From NCBI GenBank assembly GCA_964057225.1, contig OZ059899.1, positions 12,710,001-12,774,000 of the forward strand: a stretch of 64,000 nt of DNA, read 5' to 3'. Position numbers and translations under genes: made by a program. The notes below the pieces were generated by a model. The model was given only the letters and a program-made list of their open reading frames with translations, searched no databases and was not told the origin of the DNA. Below, one piece after another: positions 1 through 13,244 of this stretch. Every line of letters starts with the position of its first letter. Position 1 is the first letter of the stretch. Source of the stretch: Auanema rhodensis (taxonomy: Eukaryota; Animalia; Nematoda).

Positions 1-1940
1 CAACAGGGAAAAAATACAACATCGGGACCTAGTGCATGTACGGTAAGTTCTTTCAAATTGTTGTTGTTGTTGTTGTTGAAATAATATTTAAAATAATAAA
101 TTTTTAGACAAATATAGTTACGAGAGGATGCTCATCTGCATCTACAGGTGCCGTTCTGTTGGCTGATAATCTACCAGCTTTATTCGTTCAAGCAACATTC
201 CCATTCTTTATGCATCGAATTCCATTTGGGTTAGTTATATAAATCTAATTTTTCAAACAAAGAGAGAGAGAGAAAGAGGGAGAGAACGAAAGAGAGACCT
301 TCAGAGAGTTAGAGAAGGAGAGCCCTGATGAGATCATCATTCTAATTTCAGTATAAGACATACTCTTGTCATTTTACTTCAAATTGCCTGCTATTTCCTC
401 GTAGCCTTCTCACCTGATGTAGCTATCTCATTGACAGGTTTTTGCCACATTTCTTCAGAAAACAGTATCATTATCATGATGTTTCAGGTGTTACCCTTGC
501 TAGTTTCAGTCAAGGAATTGGAGAAATTACTTATCTGGCGTTATCCAGTTTCTTCCCTCCGTAAGATTTTCAAAGACCATTCTCTTCTATTTCGGAGATT
601 TGGAACATATCACATATCAATGATCTCAGATCAACTATTGCTGCTTGGTCCTCTGGAACTGGTGGAGCCGGATTGATTGGATCATTCGCTTACGCACTGA
701 TGACTGATGATCATATTGGCAATTTAAGTCCAAAAACAGCTTTACTCTGTATGCTCTTCATTCCCGTAGTATTTGCTATAACGTGAGTTCATATGATGTG
801 CTTGTTATCAGTCAGTTATAACATTCATTCACGCTTTCAGCTACTGGCTCATTGTCGATTTTCCTGAAGAGGTTTATACACCAACATTGAATCCAAATAC
901 CTGGCTTATCCCAAAAAATTATTCTTCCGATAAGGTATTATAAGCTTCTTGATGAGAATCATCAAATTATCTGATTATATTACAGTCAAAGAGCATTTCT
1001 TTATCTGATAGATCATCAACATCAGAAGAAAGTGTAGAGAAAGAACATGTGGGTAATGTTCCACAAAGAGAATTAAGCTTAGCTGAAAAGTTAAAGTTGA
1101 TTGTGGTAAGCTGAAAATAGCAAATTCGGTTTTTCAAATTTCTTTTCAGCCATTGCTCAAGTTTATGGTTCCATTAGCTTTAGTATATATGGGAGAATAC
1201 CTTATAAATCAAGGATTAGTTAGTAAAATTTTTAAAAATTTGTTCAAAACCTTAAAACTTTTAGACTGAACTTATTATGTTTGATTGTAAAAATGGTTGG
1301 AATCTTGCTGTCAGCAGTCAATATAGATGGTATCAGGTTAGTTTTCTCGAACATTTTAATATTTTATGATATTAGTTTTCATTTATATACGTTTTGACAA
1401 CAAAATAAAGATGAAAAACCGGAGTTAGTTAGAGTTAAAGCTTCTCATTCCAGGTGTTGTATCAAGTTGGAGTTTTCATTTCACGTTCATCTGTTAGATT
1501 CATCGAACTTCCAATGTGGGCCATCTTCTTATTACCAGTTTTACAGGTAATTTCATTAGAAATATTTCGAGAAAAAAGATATTTTCATTTCATTTCAGAC
1601 ATCGAACATGACTTTCTTCTTATTTGAAGCTATATATTGGTTTGTACCACACATATCCATCATATTTGGATTAATCATTCTCGAAGGATTATTGGGAGGT
1701 TCAGCATATGTCAATACGTATAATAAAATTCATAAAATGGTAAAAACACATAATTAATTGTGACCAAGAGAGAGTAAGCTTATAAAATGCTGTATGTTGC
1801 AGGTTGAGCCAGACATTCGAGAATATTCAATCTCAATTACGACATTAGGCAATTCAATTGGAACAAACTTAGCAGGATTTCTTGCTATACCATTACATAA
1901 TTTCGTTTGTAAAAAGCCAATACATCCATATAATCATTAA
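1..1940 (+). CDS. cln-3: Battenin/CLN3 lysosomal membrane protein, multi-exon, 5' end outside window
   Basis: Spliced exons give CLN3-family motifs: STGAVLLADNLP, GEITYLALSSFFPPSTIAAWSSGTGGAG, YMGEYLINQG, SQYRWYQ|VLYQVGVFISRSS, EGLLGGSAYVNT. Stop TAA at 1938-1940. Confidence 0.93.
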
Positions 1941-2705
1941 AATGATAAAAATTCATTTCTTTCCATCAATTGCTTTAACTTAGTTATTTTATAATTTATG
2001 TGTATATCTATATAAATAATATAATCTTTATACATATTTGTTAAATTATATATAAATATTCTATTTGATATAATATATAAAATGGTTTTTTATTTATTTT
2101 TTAAATTCAAAATATATGCTCATTCACGTCATTTTTACGTGAAATATGTTCTTTTGAATACGACAATTTATAGGAACGGTTGTTTTTTCATTGCTCAATA
2201 ATTAAAGAGAAAATGAAAATATGATTTATATTAAATTTCTGAATTATTCATTTATTTTTAAATAAAAAAATCTTAAATTCGATAGAATGATGAGCTTAAA
2301 TGAGTTACACGTGGCTTCTAATGTTTATTTGCACACAATTTCTTCGATTTCATTGGACTGACTTTCACATTGATATCTATTTTCCTGTTGTAATCACAAC
2401 AAAAGCTTTCACTTTGCTAGAAACAATAGGTTTTAACATGAAACATGCTGACAGATAGTCTTTCTTGAAGTCATAACCAAGGCTGCCCCTTCGGGACGCG
2501 AGCGGCTGAAACCGCGACGCTGTGTGTAGTCAAGTGAATTTCAGACAGCTATTCTTTCAATCTACATTCTCATATAGAAAGTTATATTCATACTCGTTTA
2601 TTCTATTATTAATTTGTTTATATATTGTTTGTTTGTCCTATAAACTATATGACAGCTTCACAAACAACAAAGTCTTTGGTTCCCATGCTGGCTAAAGCTT
2701 TAAAA

Positions 2706-3070
2706 ATGGATTATTTTAAACTTCGAATGAATAATTATATAAAAGGTTCTTACAAAACTTGTTTATTTGTAATTTTTATGTTTCAAATTCTTTTAGAAGT
2801 TCAACAGCAAACAAATGCATTGAAAAATCAGTCAATTGCTGCTCCAGCTGATGTAGGACGATTTCGAGCTTCATCAATACTTGGTGTCTTCTTTTTCTCA
2901 CTATTTTCCGGTGCACTGGTGGCAAAATCATGTGAGTTGGTAGACAGACTTGACGTCGTCTTGTTTTTTCCATCAGACGCAATAATCAATATCTGTTAAT
3001 TATCATTGTAGGTGCTTGGTTTCTTGATCATCATTCATTGTATGTGTACGTAGAAGATGATGATGATTAG
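2706..3070 (+). CDS. emre-1: EMRE-like essential MCU regulator (SMDT1 family), 77 aa; exons 2706-2745, 2797-2931, 3012-3070
   Basis: GT-AG splicing gives MDYFKLRMNNYIKEVQQQTNALKNQSIAAPADVGRFRASSILGVFFFSLFSGALVAKSCAWFLDHHSLYVYVEDDDD*. It has a single TM helix with a GxxxAK motif and a terminal poly-Asp tail, as in EMRE. The start codon is less certain. Confidence 0.75.
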
Positions 3071-3376
3071 GGAATTATAACTCTGCTATTCAAGCTTAAG
3101 TTGAAATCTACCAATCCACAGCTTTTCCTTCTGTTAATTCAGTATTATCTAGAATATTACCATTTTATAATTATTAGTTTAACTAATATGTAAATAATGT
3201 ATATTGACTTATATTATGTCTTGACTGGTTCATGTACTCAATATCTCTGCTATCTTCGCTTGTTCAATGAAAATCATTTGCTATTATGTTTACAGAACTT
3301 CAATACATTTATTAAACATGGCACACACTTTGTATAGACATATAACTCGAATAGTACGACACTACTTCTAGAGCTT

Positions 3377-5013
3377 TTACATGATGATTGGGTCAGCGAA
3401 GACGCAATCTTCCTCAATCTTAAGGTTGTATTTGCTTCCAGCGTTTTTGTACTGGGAAGTAACAACGCGGAACCATCCGTTCTCTCCCCATGGCTGTCCC
3501 CAGGAGTTTCTTCCGATCCAGTACTCAACTCCGGTGTCGTGGTCAACTCCCCATCCGTGGACTGAGATGATGTGGTCAATTTCCTCATCGGTCTCCTCCT
3601 AAAGCGAATTCAAATTTGAAAAATAAGTCGAGAAATGCAAGGTGTACCTTGTAAACTCCTCCGGCGTAGGTCTCGAAAGGCTTAGTGGCAGCAATACCGC
3701 AAGCAATTGGTCCATGGTTGTAGATTTCAGCCTTCATCTTAGCATATCCACTAACAGATCCTGAAAAGCAGTTGATTAGCAAATGAAATCAGACAGTTCC
3801 ATACCGTATTCTCCAACCTTGTACAAGGTGTAGTTGGAGATAGAGAAGCATTCTCCTGGCCAGCAAGATCCACAACGATTGTATGGGTTGCATTCTGCAA
3901 AGCTTTCGATTCATTCTCATGTTTTTCTAAAAGTTTTTGTCTTCATATGAAAACAATAACTCACTTCCATCCTTGGCTTGATAGTTGTTGCAAGTCTCAT
4001 GGGGAATTCCGTGCTCATGAGCATACTGGTATACACCAAGTGGTTCTCCACCCTCAACACAGGTTCCAGCTCCAGAGCAGTCAATAACTTCCTGAAATAA
4101 GCCATATATTTGTTTCCTATTATACTTCAAGCTTGTCCTACCTGAACAGAGAGATAGGCTTGTGGCCAAGCATTCTTGCGCTTAATGTTGATACGATCAG
4201 CAAGAGCAGAAGTAGCTCCTGTAACAAGTTTAAAAATCAACTCATACTAATCTCTTTGATCTATTTATCAGCATTAAAGCTGTATTTGTTGTTCCATCCT
4301 TCCTTCTTATCAGGTCAAAAGATCATAACTGATAATAGTTGATAACAAAGTACATTAACCTACCGAAAGCCCAGCAAGAACCGCAATCTGAAAAAAGAAA
4401 ATCAGATGATAAAGTACTGATAACTACTCAGAAATACATGCTTTTGTAAACAAATTTCGATGTCCAGCGCTGTTATCTATTTTTCGCGGACTTTGCATGT
4501 TTGAACTCGACAAAACTTCGTAAAAGCAGCAAAATTTTGCAGAGCAAACGGCTGATTATCTATTTCTACTTCAAGTAATCATTACTTACATTGAGGAATA
4601 TGTTGGTTTCTGTCAGCAGAAGCATAGTTGATTCCCTTAACGTTACGCCAATCCCAAGTACGTGGAAGATCATCCTCATCGAAGTTTGCACGTTCGTAGA
4701 TACGACGAGATATTCTGAAGATTTGAAATTCACTATTCCGATGACTTTCAATCAATCTGCTACCTGTGCTCCTTACGCTTGGGATTTTGCTTGTAACATC
4801 CTCGAAGGTTGTATCTGAAAACATGAGATAAGAGAATTCAACGATGGCACGAAGATTCGAACGTAGTTCTCTACTGACCAGCTTGTGATCATTTGAAACT
4901 TAATCAATTTCAACATCATCTTACCTGTTACGAAGAGATTTTGATGAACGAGATGCCAAGGCAACTGAAGCTAATGCAAGCAGAAAAGCCAATAGAAGGA
5001 GACGAGCTCTCAT
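3377..5013 (-). CDS. cpz-1: Cathepsin Z/X (papain-family cysteine carboxypeptidase), multi-exon
   Basis: Signal peptide [10 protein letters not shown]...; short prodomain RYNLRGCYK; [10 protein letters not shown]; [16 protein letters not shown] (cathepsin X HIP mini-loop and catalytic Cys); [10 protein letters not shown] and YWIGRNSWG (catalytic His and Asn). Stop at 3377. Confidence 0.96.
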
Positions 5014-7493
5014 GATGTCCGGCAGACAAGAACTAAAAGATTTGTTATCATTTACAAAGTACTCAATAGCCTTATCATTATTAAAGAAGTATTGTCAGTC
5101 AATAGACTGCCACGAATGGACACTGACTGACACGAGGTCGGCTATACCAATCACCTGATTTGCTCAAATCTACTCAAGCACAGGTCACAATAAGCTTTTA
5201 AACAATAAAAATAAATAATGATACATATAGTTAACAGATATAGTTAGTACATAGCATATGATGATTATGACCAACTCGTGATAGATAAAGAGAGATAGAA
5301 GGTGAGAGAGAGAGAGAGAGAAAAAGGAGAGAGAGAAGAGAGAGGGAGTAGAAAGAGAAAACATTTTCTATGAAGATTTACAAGAAATCTGATGATTTTC
5401 ACCTTTTTCATATTGTTTGTAGTTTGTTTATATTTTAAGATCTACGATCATACTCATCCATAGCAATCGATCGGAGAATTTGTGAAAAATCTCCAAAAGG
5501 TTACCAAATAATCTTCAATTATTCTATTCATTATGTGTTTTATCTTTCTATTTCAAAGATCATTAGAAATATGGAAAAGGTATTCCCTAACATGAATTGA
5601 TCATCGAAAACTAAACTCTTTTCCAACTCTTTTCCAACAGAAACGAAACGAAAAAAACAGTTTTGTTTGCAAATACTTTGAAGTAAAAATTGGTTTTGGG
5701 TGGTCTTATAGTTTGACTTTGACGATGAAATCAACAGTTTTAAAAGAAAAAAGAAAGAAAGATCAACTTATGAAAGTAAGTTAAACAAGTTTATAAAACA
5801 AAAAGTTGGATTAAGCTGGTTAAAGTGGAGGTTTTAAACTTTTTTTTTGTAAAATATTGGAGTGATAGAGACAAAAATATGTTATCACATCTTTGTACTT
5901 ACAGCATGACTTGATCTTTTTCATTTTCAACTTTTTCCAACTTTTTTTCCAACTGAAATTCATCTGTTTTCTTCATTTTTCTTGCTTTTAAGATAACATT
6001 TAAGATAATTGTTCCTTGAAAATGTCTTTTTATTCAAAATTCTTTGGGATATTGAGGTCAATTAATTGAAAGTTTTACCAGTTGTTTCAATGTGCGAAAA
6101 AATATTTGAGAAGGAAGTGTAAAACTTGAAATGAATATCATATGATTTGTTTGAAATATTGAAAATAATGAATGAAATAATGATGGATTAAGATTGATGA
6201 AAATCAATTAACAATTACAAAATAATTTATTCAAAATTCCTTAATAACAATAAACTTATTCGTTAAGTTTTTCTTATTTCCAGCTAAGCTACCCTGAAGC
6301 CTTAATGACAGTTTGAAATTTCGTCTTCAACATTGTTGATCTTCGACGACTCGTTTGTCTCTTTTTTTCTTCTTTTCAAATTTCTTTATGTCACACAATG
6401 TGTGGTCAAGTTTTTATGATTTTCCATCTTCTGAGAAAATATTGAACTTATGTTCCAGGAAAAAGGAAAAAAAAAGAAAAAAAGATGAAGAATCTGAAGA
6501 ATCTGAAGCCGAAGAGTTATGTAACGTTCATTCAAACATTTTCCTCTGAAACTATCTTTGTGAAAAACTTTGAAATATAAATTTTTATATTATGAAAGAA
6601 GAAGAAAAAGCTTAAAAAAATGTTGTTTAAACTCCAATTTTCAGATTGTATCAAGGAAATTCAACAACTTTTTTTGACTTTTGTCAGTCAAGCCTTCGCA
6701 ATTCATCTCATTTCTTGCCAAATGTCGATGATTTTCATCGAGTTTCCCTCTAATTTTTAAATTTTTTCAAATTTTTTCACCTCAAATCATTAAGCTGAAA
6801 GCTTATTTGCCAAGGAAAATACGTATATTTTCAGTTTTTTTTAGAAGAAAGAACTTTAAGAATTCTCATCATCATCTCAGTATCATCTTTCATATGTCTG
6901 TCACTGGTCATTTCTAAGCTTTCTGAACCTACAAAAGCATATTCCTTTGTAAAATGTGAAGAAGAAGAAGAAGAAGAAGAAAACAGCTGATAACTAAAGA
7001 ATAAAAATAATTTCTTCTATACTATTCAAAAGAGAAAATGAAATCTTAACGAAATATATTGCAATTTTCAATAATTTCAATATATGATTCCCTCTCAGAT
7101 TTCTTTTTGGTCTCAAACTTTATAATATTCATTAATTTTAATATTATCATTATTATTAGATCATATGATAGTACTTTGTATTTACCTTTAAATTATAATT
7201 TTAAAAGTCAAGTTTATCAAATTCAATTTTAAAAGTAAATGATTGTAAAGTTCTTTTAAACTTTTTTATATTTTAATAGCACTTTTTGATTAGATATACT
7301 AGAATTAGAACTATATTTTAAAAGTTATATGAGTTTAATTCTCCCGAATATTCTTGTTTTTAACATTTTTGTTTTCAAAATTTGGTTTTTTCTAAAAAAA
7401 AAAGATGAAAGAAAGGATATCCCTCAGTCATGAGAACGATGTCAAGGTGTGATATGAACACATGTACCCATCCAGGCGAAGACAGAGAGAGAA

Positions 7494-7560
<67 letters not shown>

Positions 7561-7885
7561 TTGCTGAGCACGAGGTACAAAGAGCAATTTCTTTACATTT
7601 TCTGTTTTTTTTTCAAAAAAACAATTTCTGTTTTATCTTCAAAATAAATAAAAAAAAACATTTAGCAATCATAAACTACTAGTACTACTAGTAAACTGTC
7701 ATTAAGATGTCCGTTTTTTGGTCTTTTTTTTCTATAAAATAACAGAAAAACTATATTTTCTATGAAAATGTCCTTAAATGAAAAATGATAAAAACTGAAA
7801 ATTATAGAATTTTTTTATCAAAAACTCTCCTTAATAGCATTACCTCTCTATCTATCCCCTTGACCACAATGCAAGAATGATTGAC

Positions 7886-7937
<52 letters not shown>

Positions 7938-8361
7938 AAGGGGATAAAGTTCACTCATAAATTATTCTGATATTTTCTTATCATTTAAGATTATCTCTCT
8001 CTGTCTTTTAATTTTTTTTATTTAAAAACTAAAATTTAAAAATAATTCTTTTCACGTGACTGCTATGTTAAGTGTCATCTGATATTTCTGTCGAACTCTT
8101 TCTCTTTCTCTCTCCTACATTCATATGTTCTCTCCTTCTTTGTTAAAACCATGATCAATTTAACTAAATAGTAACATTGTATCAAAGTTCATTAAAAGGT
8201 TTTTTAAAAAACATTTTGTAAAATTATTTTTAAATTTAATTTTTCACCTTTAATCTTGCCGTCATACTCTTGTCGTGCTCTTCTTCTCTCTTGTTGTTGT
8301 TCTTTTTTTCATTTATGTCGTACAGTTTTCTATCATATCCCCTCCTTCTCTCTCTCTTTCT

Positions 8362-8400
<39 letters not shown>

Positions 8401-8713
8401 ACAAAGAGAGAATATACCTTTCTTATGAACTATATATACTTATATATAATATTTAGATGTATAATATCGTTTTCATAAATTGTTTCTATTCATTTCAGTT
8501 CTGTTCTTCTTCATTCTGAGTACATCCATGTGATTCAAGTTTATGCCCTGAGGACAATCTAATCATCTTTAATGTTATCAAATAAAAATTTATTATCATT
8601 TCAATTGTATATATGCATATTTAGAAGTCTATATAGAATACTTTAATCAAGAAATAATATTTAAATTCAAAAGAAACAAAAGATCATTGGGAACGAGCAA
8701 TACAAAGAGAGTA

Positions 8714-8761
<48 letters not shown>

Positions 8762-9527
8762 CAAAAATTGTATCACATGGGGCATCGCTTATAAGCATTA
8801 ATGCTTTAAGTTTCTTGTTTTCTTTGTTTTCAGATATGTGATGAAGAGAAGGGCTTCCCCGCACCACACAATCTGTCTGCTTCCTCGTGCTATTCACGTG
8901 AAGACCTTTAAGACATATAGTCATGTCATAAGAGAATTAGACAATCATATATATAATAGTTTAGTATATACTATTCAATATTGAAGAGAGCATCAGACAG
9001 ATAAATGGATAGCCTGACCTTTGAGTCGGACACGAGTGACCTACCAGACCAGCTAACCAAATCACTCCGCCTCATATGCCCATCATAACACTGACTCAAG
9101 AACGGGTTTCCTCTGGATTTTGACATCATTCTTCTTATTTTCACTGAATTCTAGTCGTATATCAATCGTCAGTTATGTAGTTGTGAATGTATGGCCTTGC
9201 TTCTTCTTCTTTTCTTATGTTTGAGTTTCTCCAGAGATTTCGAAGATTTCATTGAAGCTGGATACGTCTAGATAAGCTGATTTAAAGCTCATTCTCTTCT
9301 TCTCTCTCTTCACATGTGTTGACATGTTTTAATCAAAATTTTTAAAGAATATTAAACAATTATTATATAAATATGACCTTATGATAATAATATCAGTAAT
9401 TATATGATATATGGACTATATAATAAAAATGAAAATGAACTGGAATACCCCCACCCTCTCTTCTGCTCCTCCTCCCCCCCCCCCCAACATTGCATCAACT
9501 ACACTTGTTTCTATTTCTCTCCCCTCC

Positions 9528-9572
<45 letters not shown>

Positions 9573-10012
9573 ACACCTGTTCGTCCCTCTCAATCATATA
9601 TACTCTTCCAACTAGCACATCGTGATCATGTACTTGTTACTCCCTACTCCCTACGTTCATTAGTCTTTTTCATCGTTCTATGTCATATGAAATTTGGTGA
9701 GAAATAGATCGTATTGGAATGATACGTGAGAAATGTTGTATTCACGTGAAACAGCAGATTGTTTCTCAAAATTGATGTCACATGCTACTTCAACTTTAAT
9801 AGGCCAACAAGATGTGTTTCTGTAGACAAGAAGCTGTAGACAACATCTCCTTTACCCTCATTCGTACTTAATATGCTTTCAGTATCTTGTCCTCTCTACA
9901 TTCTCACCCCTCCTATCTCTCATTTTCTACCTTTTTCGTTTTCTCTCCCTCTCTCTCTCTCTTTATCTTTTGATTACATGCAGAGTTACTCATCTTCTCT
10001 CCAGTTCGCCCT

Positions 10013-10051
<39 letters not shown>

Positions 10052-10269
10052 GTTATTACTGTTCTGCTCTCTTTGTCTCTTACAACCGTTCCTCCTGTCT
10101 TCTTTGACTGTATCACATGCTTATAACTGCTCTAACTGGTAAAGGTTACCATTAGAATATCATAATCTGCATAATTACCAGAGGGGTTTCCCTTCCCGTA
10201 TCGCCTATCATTCAGACGTCCGGCCCCCCGCCACAACCCCATTTTCTCTCTCATCCTCTCTCTCTCTCT

Positions 10270-10338
<69 letters not shown>

Positions 10339-10594
10339 TTTTTCTTTGTCTCTTTCTTCTAATGCCTGAAACGTTCCTTTCAAATTCTAAGATTCCTATT
10401 TGAATTACATAAACACGGTTTACAATCTATATAGCTAGCTAAAGGGCATGAAAACAGAAGCTGAAACTCGTACATGGATCATTCCCTTATAGTCGAAAAC
10501 ATTGAGACACTAAATTCAAGTTAATCTCTGAAGATGTATTCCTGAAACCAAAAGAACTTGGACATTGTTTGTTTGAATTTCCGGCTAGTAAGCA

Positions 10595-10636
<42 letters not shown>

Positions 10637-12325
10637 ATCACATTATCGTTTATCCTCTTTGATTTTTATCTTTTCCCTCTCTCTCTTTCTCTTTTTATTA
10701 TTTTCCCTTATCTCACATTAACTCTCTTTCTCATTCACATTTCTTTTCTTTCAGTTTGATATACATATGTATATTATATTGACTGAACAATGCTTTTGTC
10801 CAATTGGTTGTTAATCAACTTTTCCAAAATTTATTTCTCCGTTCTTGTTATGAATCATTCATTCAAATACTTTCATGGATATCATCATAAACGAAACAAT
10901 CTGATCTCTCTCTCTCTCTCCCTCTCTCTCTCTCTCTCTCCCTCTTTCTCACTGTAAACCTATTTCGGTTACATCTTCAGAGAAGTAACATCAACAGTAG
11001 CAACTTCTGCATTATCAGTAAGCTGGACTAGTTTCACATATAAAATTCTTGTGATTGTGATGTACTTTCAAAACTTGAAAGTAAACTATAATTCAGCAAC
11101 ACGATAAGTAAGAGACAACAACAGAGCTATCCACCATACAACATCTTACTTTCTTGTTATAATCAAAATATTATCTTTTTCCTTTTTAACAAGCAAAATC
11201 TTGAAATGAGCCAAAGAAAAAAGAAAAAGAAAACAAGACTATGAGAGAGAGAGAGAGAGAGAGAGAAAGGCAAAAAGGGACGCGTTTAGGGGTAGGGGGA
11301 AAGACATAACTATCAAAGCAAAATGGAAAAGCCAATGATGTACTGTTTTTGTGGCAAAGAGCTTATAGTCTCGTGATGTTGCCTGTCTTGATATAAACAA
11401 CACCCATAAAACATACATACATACACTTTAAATATAAAACTCTGGTACTTTATGTGTTTGGATCAGTAGTCTTGCACATACAAAATAGTAAGTAAGATCA
11501 TAAATCAAATAGCTATAGCTAATGCTTTTACTCATGTTGCTATGGCTGATGATGATGATGATGGTGATTATTAGAATGAGTTTAAGCTATTGCACAGTGT
11601 AATCAAAAAAATTTTCCACGAAGTTAAGACAGACAGACGCTAAGAGAACTGGCATAGGCCTCTGGGTCATGATTGCAAAGACAACTCAAGGGTGCACCAG
11701 AACCCAAAAAGTTCCCGTTTTTTCACCGCTTTTTGCGGAAATTCACGAATGAATTACTGAAAATATGGAAAAACTTGAGTGATTATGGCAAAAAAGATGA
11801 AATGAAATCGATTTAGCAGGTAAAATAAAACATGGATATAGCAATAAGTAAGAATTTTTACGTCATTTGAGATGAATTTTTATTCTTTTTGATGAAGAAG
11901 TTCAAGTAATTCATATACTAGTCAAGCATTTGATTCATCTTATCAGCTGTTTCAAATGTATCCGTCTATTTATCTATTTAAATAATTTTATATATAATAG
12001 TTAACCAACTGACTTTTTTACTATACGATATAGTTATTTGATTCGCAAAACTTCAGCTCGTTCAGTCGTTGTCTTGTGCTTTGAAATCAAGATTAGATAT
12101 GTGATTTCAGGCTAGTCGCTGTACACAGCAACGGAGAAGAAGACACACAATGCACGTGTAGTTCATGTGATCGGATCGTAGAAGAGACCGGTGAAGCACG
12201 TGTTCAGCACATTATAACGATATTTTGATGGATGATATGAAAGGCAAGCAACAGAAAGGAAAATGAGATAGAGGAAAATTGGCAAGCGAGATACAGAAAG
12301 ATATATACATAGAGAGAGAGAAAGG

Positions 12326-12357
<32 letters not shown>

Positions 12358-12533
12358 AATTGAGAGAGAATGGTAGATTTCAAAAGAAGATTGAATCATA
12401 CTAACCGTAAGTATGACATGGAATTCGTGAAATTGATGTCAAGAAAATTCCCAAAAAGAGCTAAGTACATCAAGAAACATGCAAACGTCGACAGTCAGAA
12501 GACTTCATGTGGTTATCAAAAATTATTGCTAGA

Positions 12534-12589
<56 letters not shown>

Positions 12590-12837
12590 CAACAGTAGCA
12601 TAACCCCAAAATGATTAGAATTTCCCACTGTATTGATGTGCAATATTAAGCATATTCTTTGAAACCTGCTTCATCGTCAATCAGCCGCCTCTGCATGTCT
12701 CTCGTTATATTTGCTGTCCGCATAAACTTCTATCAGCTGCAACCCTGCCTGGAGGGCATTCCCCACCCCTTTCCCCAAACAGGGTATTTCCCCCTTTCTT
12801 CCTCCTCCTATTTTCTTTGTACAGAAATTGCCTTTAC

Positions 12838-12938
<101 letters not shown>

Positions 12939-13210
12939 AAAACTTCAAAAAGCACACATAACTATGCAATCTACTCGTATACTTTTTGTTATTTTTCTTC
13001 TCATTTTCCTACTCTTTTCTCACTTTTCTTTTTTTCTCTCCTTTTTTATATTTTCAGCTGCAGATTTTTGCTTCTTCTGCCTTTCTTTCCCTCCTCTCCT
13101 TATCTTGCCGCCTATTTTTAAACACCTTTTAAGGTTATGAGATGAATCAACTACAAATAAACAATATTCTTCTTTGATCTACTTTTTTTTTCTCTCTCTT
13201 TACCTTCATA

Positions 13211-13244
<34 letters not shown>

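Noticed and set aside
2287-2363. Possible C/D snoRNA (ATGATGA ... CTGA, ~75 nt, weak terminal stem)
   Set aside because: I could not match a guide to rRNA or snRNA, and these short boxes are common in this sequence. snoscan would be needed.
2429-2460. GGTTTTAAC resembling the start of an SL2 RNA
   Set aside because: There is no 22-nt leader ending AG|GT and no Sm site.
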